A stretch of 64,000 nt of DNA. Source: Azolla caroliniana (taxonomy: Eukaryota > Plantae > Polypodiophyta). Every line of letters begins with the position of its first letter. Position 1 is the first letter of the stretch. The notes beneath the pieces are model-generated. The model worked only from the letters and a program-made list of their open reading frames with translations. It was not told where the DNA came from and searched no databases. Both the position numbers and the translations under genes were made by a program. Of the stretch, positions 50,289 to 61,245 are shown in pieces. The stretch covers positions 992,001 through 1,056,000 of the forward strand of contig JBHGNT010000006.1 of the NCBI GenBank assembly GCA_043228905.1. Direction: 5' to 3'.

Positions 50289-53200
50289 ATGAAGACCTAG
50301 TCAAGTTTAAGAGAAGGGTTGGTCTTAATGCAACCGAAAACATTGATTGAATGGCTACGACAACAACTGTTTTGGAACCCTAGGATTAGAAGTGAACACG
50401 ATATGATGCTTGAACAGAAAAAATACTTGCCTTGAGGAGGATGCTAGGTTACAAGATTAGGTCGACACACAATTGGGAGGTCTTCAACATGAAGAGGTGG
50501 GAGGGTCAAGCTGTTAGTTGTAGGTTTATTATTGGAAGACTAGTGAAGGTGACCCAACTGATAAATAAGGTTGTTGATGGATTAGGTAAGTTGAACGTGG
50601 AAGAGGCAGTTTGGTTAGGTTGGTTTGTAAGTGAGGGTGATGCACAACTTATTCGTGGTAGGTGCTCAACTAACGAGGAGCGTTTGTGGGGTAACCTAAG
50701 TTCATTGACGGATGATGGCACGTGGTTGGCAGTTCACATGACAATGTTGGAAGGTAGGAGGTGACAATTGAACCCGGACCCTAAGACACTTGATTAGGAC
50801 TGTAAAATATGGCTTTTCGGCAACAAGCCCTTATATGATTTGGAGTGGGATCCATTGGCGGTATGGTGGCAGCCACCGAGAACAAACAACTTGAAAAAGT
50901 TTTTTGAGTACAATACTAAGCTAGGATGACAAATCATTGGCTCCAAAACGGTCGGTGTTGTGTTGATTTGCAATAGTTGGAAGGATAACGACATATCAGA
51001 TGACGATCGGAAGTCGTTTTGGAGGAGACTATGGGCATTGGATACGTCATAGAACATAAAGGCTTGGTTGTGGCTTCGTAGCCGCAAGACGGTACCTGTA
51101 GGGGAGTGGTTGAGTTCCCATGGTGGCGACGCTATATGTAAGTGATGTGGACATGCTTTGGAATCAATCTCTCATTGTTTCTAGAATTGTACATAGGTGA
51201 TTAGCATTTGGAGTAGAAGCCTTCAAATCGTGGCAACTTGTGCAGTAAATGGGAACGTTGTGTAGGGCTCCATACAAGGACTGTCCCTAAAAGAGGAAAG
51301 TTGGGCGGAAGAGTTAAATCCACAGGGACATGTATTTATAGTGCAGGGTGGTAGCTTGTTCCAATGTGATGGGGGTGAGAGTTGGCACAAAATTTGAATT
51401 TTTTGAGTAGATTTGGCTTATGGTGGCGTGCTCATAAGTTTGGCACATTTGAACCAGGCGCATCAAGTTTTTTTTTCAGCAACAAAAGCTCTCATGCGGG
51501 GAGATGATGTTAAATATCTGGTTTGACCTTGTGGCTTGGTTGTGCAGACGGTATGAATCGATTTAGGGGGAATCAGATGAAGCAAAAAGGGCAAGGTCAA
51601 AGTTCTTGCTGAAATGGGGTGGTTCTCCCATGATGGTCAAATCTTCGACGAGGCCTAAGTGGAATTAACAAGTGCCTAGGTGGTTGTTTCCGCCGATGGC
51701 TCCCAATATTGTACATGGGATGTAATTATGTATGTATAACTGAAGCACAAGTGGGTTAGCATAGTCGTGTTACCCGGATAACATTGTTATAAAAGAGTTC
51801 ATTGGGAGAAGTAGAGTCAGAGTAAAATGGGGTTTATTTCAGTTTTGTAGGAGTTAAGGGTCATGTGAGTTTTTAGTGTTTTTATTATACTTTTGGAGTT
51901 GTTCCTTCGAGTTGTATATGTTGATCCCACTGTGGATTCGGGTAAACTTAGTTGTATTCTATTTGCTAACTAATGCGAAGTAGTGTTTTTTTTGGAAAAA
52001 AAAAGGAGTTTGCACACTTATGTGGTTGTTTTATTCCTTAATGCTCAATCTTCCACTTGGTTTGCTATGTCTTCACTTGCTAATACAAGGAATTTGATTC
52101 ACATACAACATTGTCGAGGCATATAATGTCGTCTCTCTTATGGAACATTCTTACTTGCGTAAATGCATGTGGGTGTGCTACTTGAGTAGGTCCCCGGGCT
52201 CCTAAACTAGAGAGGATGTGAGGCCATGAGAAAAGACTTAGAACCCTTTGTGGGTAGTCCTTGCATAATCCCCCTTTCTTTTGAGAATGATCTCTTTTGA
52301 GGAATTTACTAGTTCGAGGAAACCTTGGCTTGAAGAAACATGGTTCAAGGAATTGTGGTTCGAGGAATGGTCTTCTAGACTCCATGTAGCCCTGGACCAT
52401 AGAAACCTCAAAGGTTTCTTAAGTTAAACTAAAATTAATATACACATAATCATTGCATCAATTACGAATATATTTGTCGTAATTAAATAGATTATTACTA
52501 AATAAAAAACATATGAAGTATCTTAGTTAAATAGATCTTGCATATATAGCCTTAGGGCATTTTTTAATACTAATGTGGTATCTTTTTAATACTAATGTAG
52601 TATCTCTCAATTAATTAGTGGGAAAAAGTTGCACGGAGGAAATTGACTCTTAACAAAGGCAAAGCCTAGATAATGTTAGTGGGACTAAAGATAGGCCAAT
52701 CAAAGGCCCTAATGTTTTAAAAAGGCATATCAGATACAAAATACAAAGGCCCTAATGTTTTATGTGGGAGCTCTTGCCATTTTCTAAATTGGAAACCGTA
52801 AGGGTTCACGTTACAGGCCATTTAGGCATTAGCCATTGCTACCTAATAAAGGGTAGCATCCCACAATTTACAATATGACCATGTCTTTGGCTTGCATTTG
52901 GCCTATGAACAAAATTCTAGACTGGAAATATTTAGCCCTATAATGTTATTAGAAGTAAAGAATATGGCATTATTTCCTTTTAATATAATGTCAAAGCGAA
53001 AGACAATTGTTAAGTTGAACAATGTTGGTGGATTTCATGTCTAGAACAATGGAACCACGTGTTGGACCATCAACCAATATCATTTGAACCAAATCTCACC
53101 ACTCTTGCTCTTGATTAGTTATAGTCACCTTCTTGAAAAACTCTAAGTGGAAACACTCATATTGGAGTCAATGAAGGCCCATTACATATGAAGAAGTAAA

Positions 53201-53971
53201 TCTATAGAACTCCAAGTAAGATCTATGTCATATTGAGCCATAAGAAACATTAATGGGGAATTCACATAAGGCTAATGATTGTTCACAATAAGATACTAAA
53301 TGTTCCATTAGACAAAATCCATCCCTTATTAGATGAAGCCCTACAAAGTGACGAAACAAGGAATACAAATATTCAAGTGGAAATTGGTGTAATGGTGAAG
53401 AATAACAAATTGACTTAATTGCCTAACCTAAGGTTAAAGGTATTATTTCTTGTAAATGAGTACTTACTGTAGAAAGTAGCGTGCGGAAACAAGTATGAAG
53501 ACAGAACAGAGGAAGGAAACTCAGGTTCAATGGAGAGCTTAGGCTTACACGGTATACGCGGGAGAGACAGAGAGAGAAACACAAAAAACTATATTCAACA
53601 ATAATACTCAATCTTTGTACATAAGACGTGCTCAGTGAACACTTTTATACAAGCCCTAGAAGGACTGACCGAAGTATTGACAATACTTCAATGCTCATCA
53701 AGAAACCTACACTAACTCCCAAATATATTCCTCACGGAATATCTTTCATAACGACCTCCTGGTTTATGTACTCGGCCTAACCGATCGGTCCCAACCGATC
53801 CGATCCTCGGCTTCTTCAGCCGATCCGGCCGATGTTGAGCTTGTCTCTCAACACTCCCCCTCAAGCTCAACTTGAGGCTCTTCGGGATCTTCACAGCACT
53901 GGTTCCTCTTGGCTTCTCGCCTCGCTCGCGCTCCTCGACCTGTTCGACTCCGCGCGCTTCGACCCTTCCGC

Positions 53972-56900
53972 TGTCGAATACAAGTGTATAATGGACGTAT
54001 TCACACTATCCCTTTGTATAGCTCAAGTTTGGGCCATTTGTGTAATTAGCATAAATGGTAGTTGCCCTAAGTTTGTCACTATATAAAGTGACCTAGTAAC
54101 CTTTTTGTAAGGTTGGGTTGTATTATTGTTTCTATTGAATAGAAAGAGTCTTTTGTGCCTCCTCTCTCTCTCTCTCTCTCTCTATCTCTGTGCACGATCT
54201 TGGAAACTGTCATACGCAGGTACTCAACCCCAATCGAATGCTACTTGATCTTCCGCATTGACGGCCTTGTCTTCAACATTTGGTATCAGAGCAAGGTCCC
54301 TCAACCCGCTGTCGGCCGTCATCACAGCCTGCACAGTATTCGGCCTTTCGCTTCATCCTAGTCTGCAAAGCATTCGGTTTCTTGCGTCACTCGAAGAAAC
54401 AGAGAAGAAAGTAGGCAAACACAAGCTTGAATCTCGCTGCGTTAGATCATCACTCGGAGTAAACCAGTCGGCTGTACTCTACTTCCTTGATCGTAACTGC
54501 TTGAGGTGGGCTTCCTGCACAACGACGACTTCAAGGACAACCCAGTTCGCGTTTCATTCGATTGGACAATAATCGGAAGGACCAGTCGGTTCCATTGCTC
54601 TCACCGTTGCAGTCAACCGAAACCGAATCGGCTTGAAGGACTGTCGGATCGTTAAATCTAGGTTCAACTCGACTAAGACAGTTGTCGGTAGTCAATCCGA
54701 ACCAAATCCCCGATTCTCCGTAATCAACATCACTTGTGTCCAACTTCGGCTAGAACGACACTGAGTGGGCCAAACCGCTGCACTTCACCAAAGTTCGTAG
54801 CCGACTTAGGGCAGAGTCATGACATCAACATCCGGCTCGTCAGAAATGAGTCTACGAAAGTTCGATGGATCGAACTTCAACTTCTGGAAGGAGCAAATGC
54901 AGGACTATCTCATAGTCAAGGGGCAAATCGATCCCATCGAAAATGAAGTACCTCCAGAAGGATACAAACCAATTGAGTGGCAGAAGCTGGACAGAATCGT
55001 CCGCGCCACGATTCGGATGCACCTATCGGAATCAGTATACTTTACGGTGCAATCGTGTACGACAGCATTCGAACTGTGGAAAACACTGTCGGACACCTAC
55101 GAAAAGAAGGTCGCTGCAACGAAGATGTTTCTGATCCGGCGCCTCTACAACTTGCGGATGAAAGAATCAGATTCGGTTCAAGCACATCTCAATGAGTACG
55201 AAAGCATAAGCTCCCAAATCTCATCTCAGGGGACGGCAATCGAGGATGAACTCAGAGCAATGATACTCATGAGCAGCCTTCCCTCATCATGGGAAACTTT
55301 CGTCACAACCGTGTGCAACGCGTCAACCACGGCTGTTAAATACTCCGAAGTCACGAGCGCAATCCTGACCGAAGCAGCTCGGAGAAAGTCTTTCGCCAAA
55401 GACTCAACAGAAGACGCTTATGTAGTACAAGGTTCGACAGAACGATCGAACATACGAGGAAGAGATTCCTCACGGCAGCCGAACAATCAGCGAAGACGGA
55501 GCCAGTCACGGGATAATCGAATCTGCAACTATTGCAAGAAACCCGGACACATCAAAGCCGACTGCCGCGCACTCAAGAACAAGAACGACAAGTCTCAGAA
55601 ATCAGACAAGAAGAGTGGCCGGCATGAGGAGATCAATTACGTCAGCTTCTCAGCTGATGTGCTACCAAACGACCCGAATATACTATCAATCGAAAATCCA
55701 GTCGGATCAGAAGTTCTGCTCACGACTGAAGAATCGAGCACATGGCTCTTAGATTCGGGCGCGTCATTTCACGTGACTCCTCATCGATCCCAATTTCGGC
55801 AATATACGATCCGTCACTCCGACTCAGTTCGAGTCGGCAACTCGCAACACTGTGACATCATTGGAATCGGCACAGTAGAGCTCAACCTTGCAGGTGGCTC
55901 TACACTTGTACTTCACAATGTCCGACATGTACCCGAGCTCTCAAGGCCATTGATCTCAGTCGGACAACTAGATGAAGACGGCATTCGTGCCGGTTTTTCT
56001 TCGGGAGGGTGGACACTCCACAGGGGGAACCTCCTGCTTGCTAGAGGACCCAAGATACACTCACTATATCCGTTACATGTTACGCTCAGAGAGGGTAACC
56101 TGTTTTTGGTGGATATTCTTGTGTCATCACTATGGCACAGAAGATTAGGACACCTCAGCAAGGCCGGCATTACGCACCTATCTAGAGCCGGATACATCCC
56201 TAAACTCTCCTTCTCGGACCATCAATTCTGCGAACATTGCCAGTATGGCAAACAAGCAGCCGCATCACACCCGACATCAGCACCAAGAGAAACGAGACCT
56301 CTCGATTTAGTCCACTCGGACGTCTGTGGCCCAATGCCGCATCAGTCTCTCGGCGGTGCCTCTTACTTCGTCAGTTTTATTGACGATTCGACTCGAAAGG
56401 TGTGGGCTTATCCAATTCGCACCAAAGATCGTGTCTTCTCGATCTTCTCCGATTGGCTCGCTATGGTAGAAAATCAAACTGACCGAAAACTGAAATGCTT
56501 TCGGACCGACAATGGGGGAGAGTTCAAATCAGAAGAATTCGTCAAATTCTGCCGACAATGCGGCATCCGACGTGAATTTACGGCACCACACAGTCCGGAG
56601 CAAAACGGGATTGCAGAACGCATGAATCAGACAATCCAAGAACGGATAGTTTCCATGCTCCAACACTCCGGACTGTCGGATGGCTTCTGGGCAGAGGTTC
56701 TACTCACGGCAGTACACATAATCAATATGTCGCCAAGCAGACCTCTAGGACTTCAAATTCCTCAGGAACTATGGATCGGCAGTAAGCCGAATTACGACAA
56801 GCTGAGGATCTTCGGATGCGAGGCGTACGCCCTTATTCTGAAAGATGATCGCCGAAAACTTGCACCTCGGTCCAGGAAATGCATTTTCCTTGGATATGGA

Positions 56901-59348
56901 TCAGACGGCGAAATGGGATACCGACTCTGGGACCCCGAACGCAGACAAATCGTTCGAAGTTCGGACGTTGTGTTCAACGAGTCGGCTATGAATCCATCAG
57001 TCGAAACACCGATCGAAGTCCGAAGGGTAACATTTTCCGATGTGCCGACCCTTCAAGAAGGCCCCGCTCTTAACACACGGTCAGCTTCACGGGTAGCTGA
57101 ACCTTACACTACCGACTCGGACAACTCTGACTCGGCACAGCAGAATAATTCGCTTTCGGACCATCCGACCTCGATACCCGATACGACCAGTCCAATCATA
57201 CCTCGACGATCCGAGAGACGGTCGCAACCTCCAGAGAGGTATTCTCCTGGAATTTTCTTCACCGACGCCGGCGAACCGACGTCTTATGAAGAAGCATCGA
57301 CATCTGTCGATTCAGCCACCTGGCATCTGGCGATGGAGTCGGAAATGCACTCCACTCGGGCAAACAAGACTTGGGATCTGGTCGAATTACCTAAGAATCG
57401 ACGTGCTCTTCCTTGCAAGTGGGTTTATCGACTAAAAGAGACGTCTGATTCGACCACCCCAAAGTACAAGGCCAGATTAGTTGCGAAGGGCTTCCGACAA
57501 GAATATGGCGTCGACTTCGACGAGATTTTTTCACCAGTGGTGAAAATGACAACCCTTCGTTTTCTACTCGGCGTAGTGGCAGCCGACAACTTGGAGCTGA
57601 TTCAGCTAGATGTCAAAACAGCCTTCCTCCATGGTGATCTTGAAGAGGAAATTTATATGGAGCAGCCAAAAGGCTTCGTGGCAACTGGCCAAGAACATCT
57701 AGTCTGCCGACTCAGGAAGAGTCTATACGGCCTCAAACAGGCACCGCGACAATGGTACAAGAAGTTCGACGACTTCATCCAATCGATCGGCTTCTCAAAA
57801 AGCGATGAGGACCATTGTCTTTTTACCAACACAGCTCAAGATGGATCACCCATCTTCCTCATCATTTACGTGGACGACATGCTAATTTCTGGACGCCACG
57901 CGGGCGAACTTGCCGATCTCATTCGGCAATTGCGGTTGAAGTTTGCCATGAAGGACCTCGGTCCGGCACGACACATACTTGGCATGAAGATTAGTCGGCA
58001 TCGCGATAAACGACATCTTTTTTTGTCTCAGACCGACTATATCGGACGTGTCTTGGAACGCTTCAACATGCAATCAGCCAAATCTGCTTCAACCCCGCTC
58101 CCCATGAATCTTCGGCTCTCTCAACGAGACTGCCCGACGTCCGGTCCGGAGGGGGAAGATATGAAGTCGGTACCGTATGCACCGGCAGTCGGCTCCCTTA
58201 TGTACCTGATGGTCGCGACACGGCCTGATATTTCTCATGCCGTAGGAGTCGTTAGCAGATTTATGCACAATCCTGGCCGATCGCATTGGAACGCAGTCAA
58301 GCATGTGTTCAAATATCTTGCTGGCACAAAAGACCACGACATTCTTTTCGGTCCGAACTCAACCTCAGGCGTAGTCGGTTACACCGACTCGGACTTCGCC
58401 GGCTGTATAGACAGTCGGAAATCAACAACTGGATACTGCTTCAAATTCGGCAATGGAGCAATTTCGTGGAAGTCGAAACTTCAGGAGTGCACAGCGACCT
58501 CAACGACCGAAGCAGAATATGTAGCTGCGTCCGACGCTGCAAAAGAAGCTTTGTGGCTCGGCCGGCTGGCGCACACGTTTCGACAAGTCGACCATGACTC
58601 GGCCCCAGTTGTCTATAGCGACAGTCAAGGTGCTGTTGCCTTGTCGAAAAATCCGGTTCACCACAACGCCTCCAAACATATCGACGTTCGATATCACTTC
58701 GTTCGGGACTACGTCATTTCAGGGAAAATCGGTCTAGAGAAAATATCCACAACCGACAATGTCGCAGATGGAATGACCAAGTGTCTTTCGGCAGACCGCT
58801 TTCGGTCCCTTCGGCATCAGATGGGCGTAACGACAAACCAGTCCGGTTAGAGCCGGACACAGCGCAGGATGGTTTCAGACAACCGACATCAGTTCCTTAA
58901 TGATCGGCTTCAACTCTTCCGACCCGACCAGTCCGGCCTTCTGCCTTCGGACCCTGCCGACTCGAACAAAACTGATATGTCCGAGAACCTAGGTTTATAC
59001 CTGTAATCTTAGATAACCCATGTATACGCCCATTACGGGGGAGTGTCGAATACAAGTGTATAATGGACGTATTCACACTATCCCTTTGTATAGCTCAAGT
59101 TTGGGCCATTTGTGTAATTAGCATAAATGGTAGTTGCCCTAAGTTTGTCACTATATAAAGTGACCTAGTAACCTTTTTGTAAGGTTGGGTTGTATTATTG
59201 TTTCTATTGAATAGAAAGAGTCTTTTGTGCCTCCTCTCTCTCTCTCTCTCTCTATCTCTGTGCACGATCTGGGAAACTGTCATACGCAGGTACTCAACCC
59301 CAATCGAATGCTACTTGATCTTCCGCATTGACGGCCTTGTCTTCAACA
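53972..59348 (+). mobile_element. Full-length, apparently intact Ty1/Copia (LTRs 53972-54278 and 59044-59348, TSD TCCGC)
   Basis: LTRs differ by one substitution and one CT unit. PBS at 54281, PPT ACGGGGGAG, and TCCGC on both flanks. Confidence 0.97.
54819..58850 (+). CDS. Copia gag-pol polyprotein, 1343 aa, uninterrupted
   Basis: Gag, CNYCKKPGHIKADC, LLDSGAS protease, HHCC and DDE integrase, RT (QLDVKTAFL, YVDD) and RNase H (TDSD, EAEY). Confidence 0.96.
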   Translation: MTSTSGSSEMSLRKFDGSNFNFWKEQMQDYLIVKGQIDPIENEVPPEGYKPIEWQKLDRIVRATIRMHLSESVYFTVQSCTTAFELWKTLSDTYEKKVAATKMFLIRRLYNLRMKESDSVQAHLNEYESISSQISSQGTAIEDELRAMILMSSLPSSWETFVTTVCNASTTAVKYSEVTSAILTEAARRKSFAKDSTEDAYVVQGSTERSNIRGRDSSRQPNNQRRRSQSRDNRICNYCKKPGHIKADCRALKNKNDKSQKSDKKSGRHEEINYVSFSADVLPNDPNILSIENPVGSEVLLTTEESSTWLLDSGASFHVTPHRSQFRQYTIRHSDSVRVGNSQHCDIIGIGTVELNLAGGSTLVLHNVRHVPELSRPLISVGQLDEDGIRAGFSSGGWTLHRGNLLLARGPKIHSLYPLHVTLREGNLFLVDILVSSLWHRRLGHLSKAGITHLSRAGYIPKLSFSDHQFCEHCQYGKQAAASHPTSAPRETRPLDLVHSDVCGPMPHQSLGGASYFVSFIDDSTRKVWAYPIRTKDRVFSIFSDWLAMVENQTDRKLKCFRTDNGGEFKSEEFVKFCRQCGIRREFTAPHSPEQNGIAERMNQTIQERIVSMLQHSGLSDGFWAEVLLTAVHIINMSPSRPLGLQIPQELWIGSKPNYDKLRIFGCEAYALILKDDRRKLAPRSRKCIFLGYGSDGEMGYRLWDPERRQIVRSSDVVFNESAMNPSVETPIEVRRVTFSDVPTLQEGPALNTRSASRVAEPYTTDSDNSDSAQQNNSLSDHPTSIPDTTSPIIPRRSERRSQPPERYSPGIFFTDAGEPTSYEEASTSVDSATWHLAMESEMHSTRANKTWDLVELPKNRRALPCKWVYRLKETSDSTTPKYKARLVAKGFRQEYGVDFDEIFSPVVKMTTLRFLLGVVAADNLELIQLDVKTAFLHGDLEEEIYMEQPKGFVATGQEHLVCRLRKSLYGLKQAPRQWYKKFDDFIQSIGFSKSDEDHCLFTNTAQDGSPIFLIIYVDDMLISGRHAGELADLIRQLRLKFAMKDLGPARHILGMKISRHRDKRHLFLSQTDYIGRVLERFNMQSAKSASTPLPMNLRLSQRDCPTSGPEGEDMKSVPYAPAVGSLMYLMVATRPDISHAVGVVSRFMHNPGRSHWNAVKHVFKYLAGTKDHDILFGPNSTSGVVGYTDSDFAGCIDSRKSTTGYCFKFGNGAISWKSKLQECTATSTTEAEYVAASDAAKEALWLGRLAHTFRQVDHDSAPVVYSDSQGAVALSKNPVHHNASKHIDVRYHFVRDYVISGKIGLEKISTTDNVADGMTKCLSADRFRSLRHQMGVTTNQSG

Positions 59349-60491
59349 TCCGCTTGGGCCTCGGTTGATTCAGCGTATCTGAATCAAACATCCGAACCGA
59401 CTCGGCTATCTCCGATCGGTTTTCGCTCTCGTCCGAGTTGGCTGTCTCCAACTCGTCTTCGGTCTTCTCGCCCTCGATGCCGTCATCTTCCCCATACGTG
59501 GTTGGCTTCGGCTCTCTCCTTTGGTTGCTCCCCTTCTGTCCTATTCCGAACTTTTCCGCGGGTCCGCCCTCGGCTTCTTCAGTCGATCCGAAGTCGCCCT
59601 CAGCTTCTTCAACCGAGTCAACAAACGAGTCAACCGACTCGGTGTCATGGTCACCGCTCCTTTCCTACTGCCTTGCTTGGTCGTTCGGGACTGTTCTCCC
59701 CCTCAAGTTCGGCACGTCGAGGTGACGCAACCCGAGCGCACCTGAGAATTGCCGCAACTTGTCCAGACCAAGAGGCTTTGTGAAGATGTCGGCAGTCTGC
59801 CGATTCGTCGGAACGTACTGAAGTTCGACTTCACCGGAAAGGACACACTCACGGACGAAATGGTAATGCACCTCAATGTGCTTGGTCCGTGCGTGAAAGA
59901 CGGGGTTCTTCGCGAGTTGGATGCTGCTGAGGTTGTCGCAGTAGATCGTCGTGGGATCAGACACCTCCTCTTGCAGGTCCTTAAGTAGCCGCTTCAACCA
60001 TATGGCTTCGCATGTCGCAACAACCGCTCCTCGGTACTCAGCTTCGGTGCTTGACAGAGCAACTGTCGGTTGCTTCTTACTGCACCACGCGATCGCGGCA
60101 CTCCCGAGGGAGAACCTGTATCCAGACGTGGATCGGCGATCGGCGGCGTTGCCAGCCCAATCAACATCGGTGTAGCCGACTAACTGCGCAGCTGCACCGG
60201 TCCGATGTAGCAGTCCCCGGTCCTTAGTGTTGTTGACATACCGAAGTATGCGTTGTGCACACTGAAGGTGCTCCTCGGTAGGTCGCGCCATGAACTGACT
60301 AATCACTCTGACCGGATAACTGAGGTCGGGTCGGGTGATGGTCAAGTATATGAGGCTACCGACAATTTGTCGGAACCTCGTCGGGTCGCATACCTTTCTC
60401 GTATCGGGACGAAGCTTGACGGTTCTGTCCAGAGGAGTCGAGATGGACTTACAGTCGGCCATCCCGAGTTTGAAGAGCATACTCAGCACGT

Positions 60492-61245
60492 TGTCGTGAA
60501 GGATTTGCTTCACGATATAAAAATAAACTTGAATATTGTATTAAGTAACATTTGAGAGACTTGAACCCATAACCTCACACACCAAGGACAAAGCATATAC
60601 CATTAGGATAAGTTATTTTCTATAGTTATATTTTTATCATACTTATGACATGTTTCTTCATACATTAGAGCTTAGATGAGCATGATGGCTATCATGCATC
60701 ACATGTAAAGCATGTGCGCCAAATGGCGATCATGCATCACATGCATCACATGCATTACATGCATGCCATGCACCCCCATATCATCATATGCATGAGAGAA
60801 CCTATAAAGAGAGGCAAGGAATTAAGGGATGAAGGGAGGGAAAACAAAGTAATCAATCAAACAAGAGAGAGTGAGAAAATAATATAATCAAGTAAAGAAG
60901 ATTAGCTCATTGGGTGGAGAACCTCTCGTTTCAAAGTTAAGGTCGTGGGTTCAAATCAAGGGTCGATAGAGAATGTGTTCAGTTTGCGATCAAGGATTGT
61001 AAAGTTGGTAAAATATTGTCTTTTTAATATACATCATGTTTATATCAAATACTCTTGCTTCTTGATTCATACTTTGTCTCAATCTTCCTTATTAAATCAT
61101 ATTTTGTCTCTATCTTGCTTCTTGAATCATATATTGTCTCTATCTTCTATCTATTCTCATCTCTCTCTCACACACACATTACTCGTAACTCTTCTTCTTG
61201 CTACTCTTAACCTTTCTAACATCACCATACAAGCCTTATTAAAAT
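60492..61245 (+). mobile_element. Gypsy-type LTR-like insertion replacing part of the host Copia RT
   Basis: It starts with TGTC exactly where the Copia frame breaks. It shares GCCAAATGGCGATCATGCAT, AACCCAT.ACCTC and CCA.TAGGATA with the chromovirus LTR at 9797-10298. There is no TSD and no clean CA end. Confidence 0.72.

Larger units (their letters stand above)
43400..52005 (+). mobile_element. Degenerate, 5'-truncated LINE (L1-type ORF2 RT and 3' region), interrupted by a Copia and a solo LTR. Boundaries approximate
   Basis: LDFEKAYDRVRWPFL (43490-43535), resuming after 48680 with APYIYLF..EAFS, ANDTML (ADD-like), GKINWNKS, VKYLG and LSLAGR..VVNHIL. An A-rich end lies near 51996-52004. Confidence 0.8.

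Noticed and set aside
60903-60960. Functional tRNA gene
   Set aside because: A/B-box-like motifs are present, but there is no convincing acceptor or anticodon stem. Reported only as a tRNA-like module.
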